A stretch of 64,000 nt of DNA from Raillietiella orientalis (lineage: Eukaryota). The notes below the pieces were generated by a model that worked only from the letters and a program-made list of their open reading frames with translations, was not told the origin of the DNA and did no database searches. The position numbers were made by a program, and so were the translations under genes. Location of the stretch: contig JAYWIR010000014.1 of NCBI GenBank assembly GCA_036172245.1, positions 2,356,001 through 2,420,000 of the forward strand, written 5' to 3'. Below, one piece after another: positions 62,030-64,000 of this stretch (position 1 is the first letter of the stretch; every line of letters starts with the position of its first letter).

Positions 62030-64000
62030 ACATCAGTGCACGAGAGAAAGGGCGAGACGATCCTCCACCAATAAGAGGATAAGAGGTCTCCTTAGAAAAG
62101 CCCTGTGGGGCAATCGGAGGTCCCGCGTCCGGCTTAAAGACTTGTGCGCTCCAGGACGGGACGGTGGACTAGGCCTCCTGACGTTGGAGCACCCGGAGCG
62201 CCAACTCCAAATAACAAAACTCGCCCTTGTGGCGAGATACTGGACAGCTCCAGAGTGCACACCAACACGTCTTCTCGCCAATAGGGCAACCGGCTGCAAC
62301 GGATTGACTTCAATCCTTGTGGCTAACGACCGCAGCCTGAACCATTGTGGTTTTCAGCTGCGGGACTTGGCTGCCCTAGCGAGAGAAAACCTGGATCTCC
62401 TGCGTCCCGTGAACTGGACTACCTGGCTTAAGGAGTCAGCTTCCACGTGGGCTATGATCAACGGCTCCAGCAATGTGGACTTCTCCTGCCTCCATAGAAG
62501 CAGGTACGCTAGCCAGTCCCTGTAGGAGATCGTTTCCAACTCACGGAAACTTCTGTGGGCTTCATTTACTCCCCTTGCCCCCGTGCTGCCCTCCCTGAAG
62601 AACGCTAGGGACAGCCAAGAGGAGGTATCGTGGGAAGTCTCCTGCCTCATCAGAGGAGGACAAAACTTTTGAAGGCGTGGGCGTCTCGGGAACTAGTAGA
62701 CGCTGCAACCCCGAGTGTCCCAACTAAAGGACTTGCGCTCTGGGGCGAGCTACTCGGCATACCTCCGGAGGAGGTGAAGTGGCCCCCAGCATATTGGAAC
62801 AGTGGCACCCTCCCTTTAGATTGGCAGGAGATGGCGTTTCTAGTGCTGCATTAGGGACTTCTTTGCACAGCACGCCTCTCCCACTCGGCATTAGGGAGTT
62901 CCCACCCGGTCACGCCGGGGCGTTTATTAATAAACACAGTACATCTGCGGTTCTAGACCCCGCTACGGCCAATAGTTCATGGGACCTGCCAGGAAGCCGG
63001 TTCACAGGCCGACTTGACTCTCCTCGGCAGCGGAGGGGATAGGGGGTAAAACAAAAAGAAAAATAAATGAAATAAACAAACAGAAACTATTTGGAGGGCC
63101 GGGAAGGGATCACTGCCTGCTGGAGGAAGAGACCATCCTTTCCAGGATGCCCTCGAGGTCCCTCGTCATAGCTCCCAGATGGGACCAGCCGATCGCGATT
63201 CGCAGGTAGCGACCCGCGTGTACGATGGGGTCCCTATCGCTGCTTCCTCTGTTGGCTGCGCTCCATGCAGCCACAATCCCTCGGAGGCAGCAGAGCGCTG
63301 CCAGGGTTGAGGCTGGTGGCAGGGCGTCTCGCACGAAGAGGAGTCTCACAACGTCTCTGGGGGTACTGCCGACCGGCATCCGGAGGGTCGTAGCAAAATG
63401 TTCCCAAAAGGGCCGACATTAGGGAGTGTAGATGCCGATTGTGCAGGGTGCGGGGAATGGAAAAGCTTCCCCCACCTCATCATCAAGTGTGTCGCCCTCC
63501 GCCCAATGTGGAATCGACTGTCGTCGATTCTGGACATTCCGGTGGGCGACCCGAAGTTCATTTTCCGTCGCCTCCTGGTGTAGGACATCCTGCCAGCAGC
63601 CGCGTGTGTAGCAATTCTCTGCTGCATATGCGGAATCCTGGACAAGTGGACTGCGTTGAGGAGAGGCCGCAGAAGCCGGAATGCCATTCACTGGGCAGCC
63701 ATCTCCATGGAGAAGGCTTCCCGATGGCACCGGCTAAGGAAAATTCGACCTGCACTTGTCCGCAAAACTGGATGCAGAGGACTCCTCGCGGGGACTTGTG
63801 GTTCTTTCCTTCCCTATCCTCCCCGTAAAACATTGCACCCCCTTCGTGTTTTTGTTTTTGTTTTTTTTTCTGGCTTTCCCGCTCCCTTCGCCAGCGAAGA
63901 GGACCTCACCGGCCTGCGGTCCGGTAGACACAGGGGTTGCAAGACAGGCGGAACCACGTGATCTGCCTGAATGAACATAAAGACATTTATTACGAAATTT
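62030..64000 (+). mobile_element. LINE ORF2 3' half plus 3' UTR, interrupted by a nested antisense copy
   Basis: CAPGRDGGLGLLTLE...WQEMAFLVLH..ARLSHSALGS | VDADCAGCGEWKSFPHLIIKC; the frame rejoins across the insertion. Confidence 0.9.
62900..63413 (-). mobile_element. Nested 5'-truncated LINE with TSD
   Basis: Near-identical to 10400-10910; TSD CATTAGGGAGT 62889-62899 / 63417-63427. Confidence 0.92.

Noticed and set aside
1..64000. Prokaryotic systems (CRISPR arrays, retrons, DGRs, group II introns)
   Set aside because: Spliceosomal genes and APE-type non-LTR RTs show eukaryotic DNA; no regularly spaced repeat array seen.

Overview
Eukaryotic, most likely arthropod, genomic DNA (the RPS3A and ISWI sequences look arthropod-like; species not determinable). 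The window has three blocks. (1) 1-22.2 kb is a GC-rich tangle of nested, truncated L1/Tx1-type non-LTR retrotransposons in both orientations, mixed with decayed intronless remnants resembling negative-strand RNA virus genes (rhabdovirus-like glycoproteins, a nucleoprotein-like piece). (2) About 22.2-49.4 kb is an AT-rich, compact housekeeping island: BLTP3/UHRF1BP1-like (+), SNX27 (+), RPS3A (-), FAU/RPS30 (+) and ISWI (-). Most introns are 42-51 nt, two probably use GC donors, and there are candidate intronic snoRNAs. (3) About 49.4-64 kb holds a decayed bunyavirus-like L polymerase abutting the ISWI 5' end, a decayed mononegavirus-like L, a second nucleoprotein-like remnant and more LINE fragments. 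Top observations: a multi-virus EVE/LINE archive on both sides of the gene island; a LINE family ending in a conserved structured 3' UTR and terminal hairpin without poly(A), which twice sits antisense at the same codon of related LINEs; and 3' splice-site choice that looks length-defined. All homology calls come from motif recognition by eye; no searches were run.
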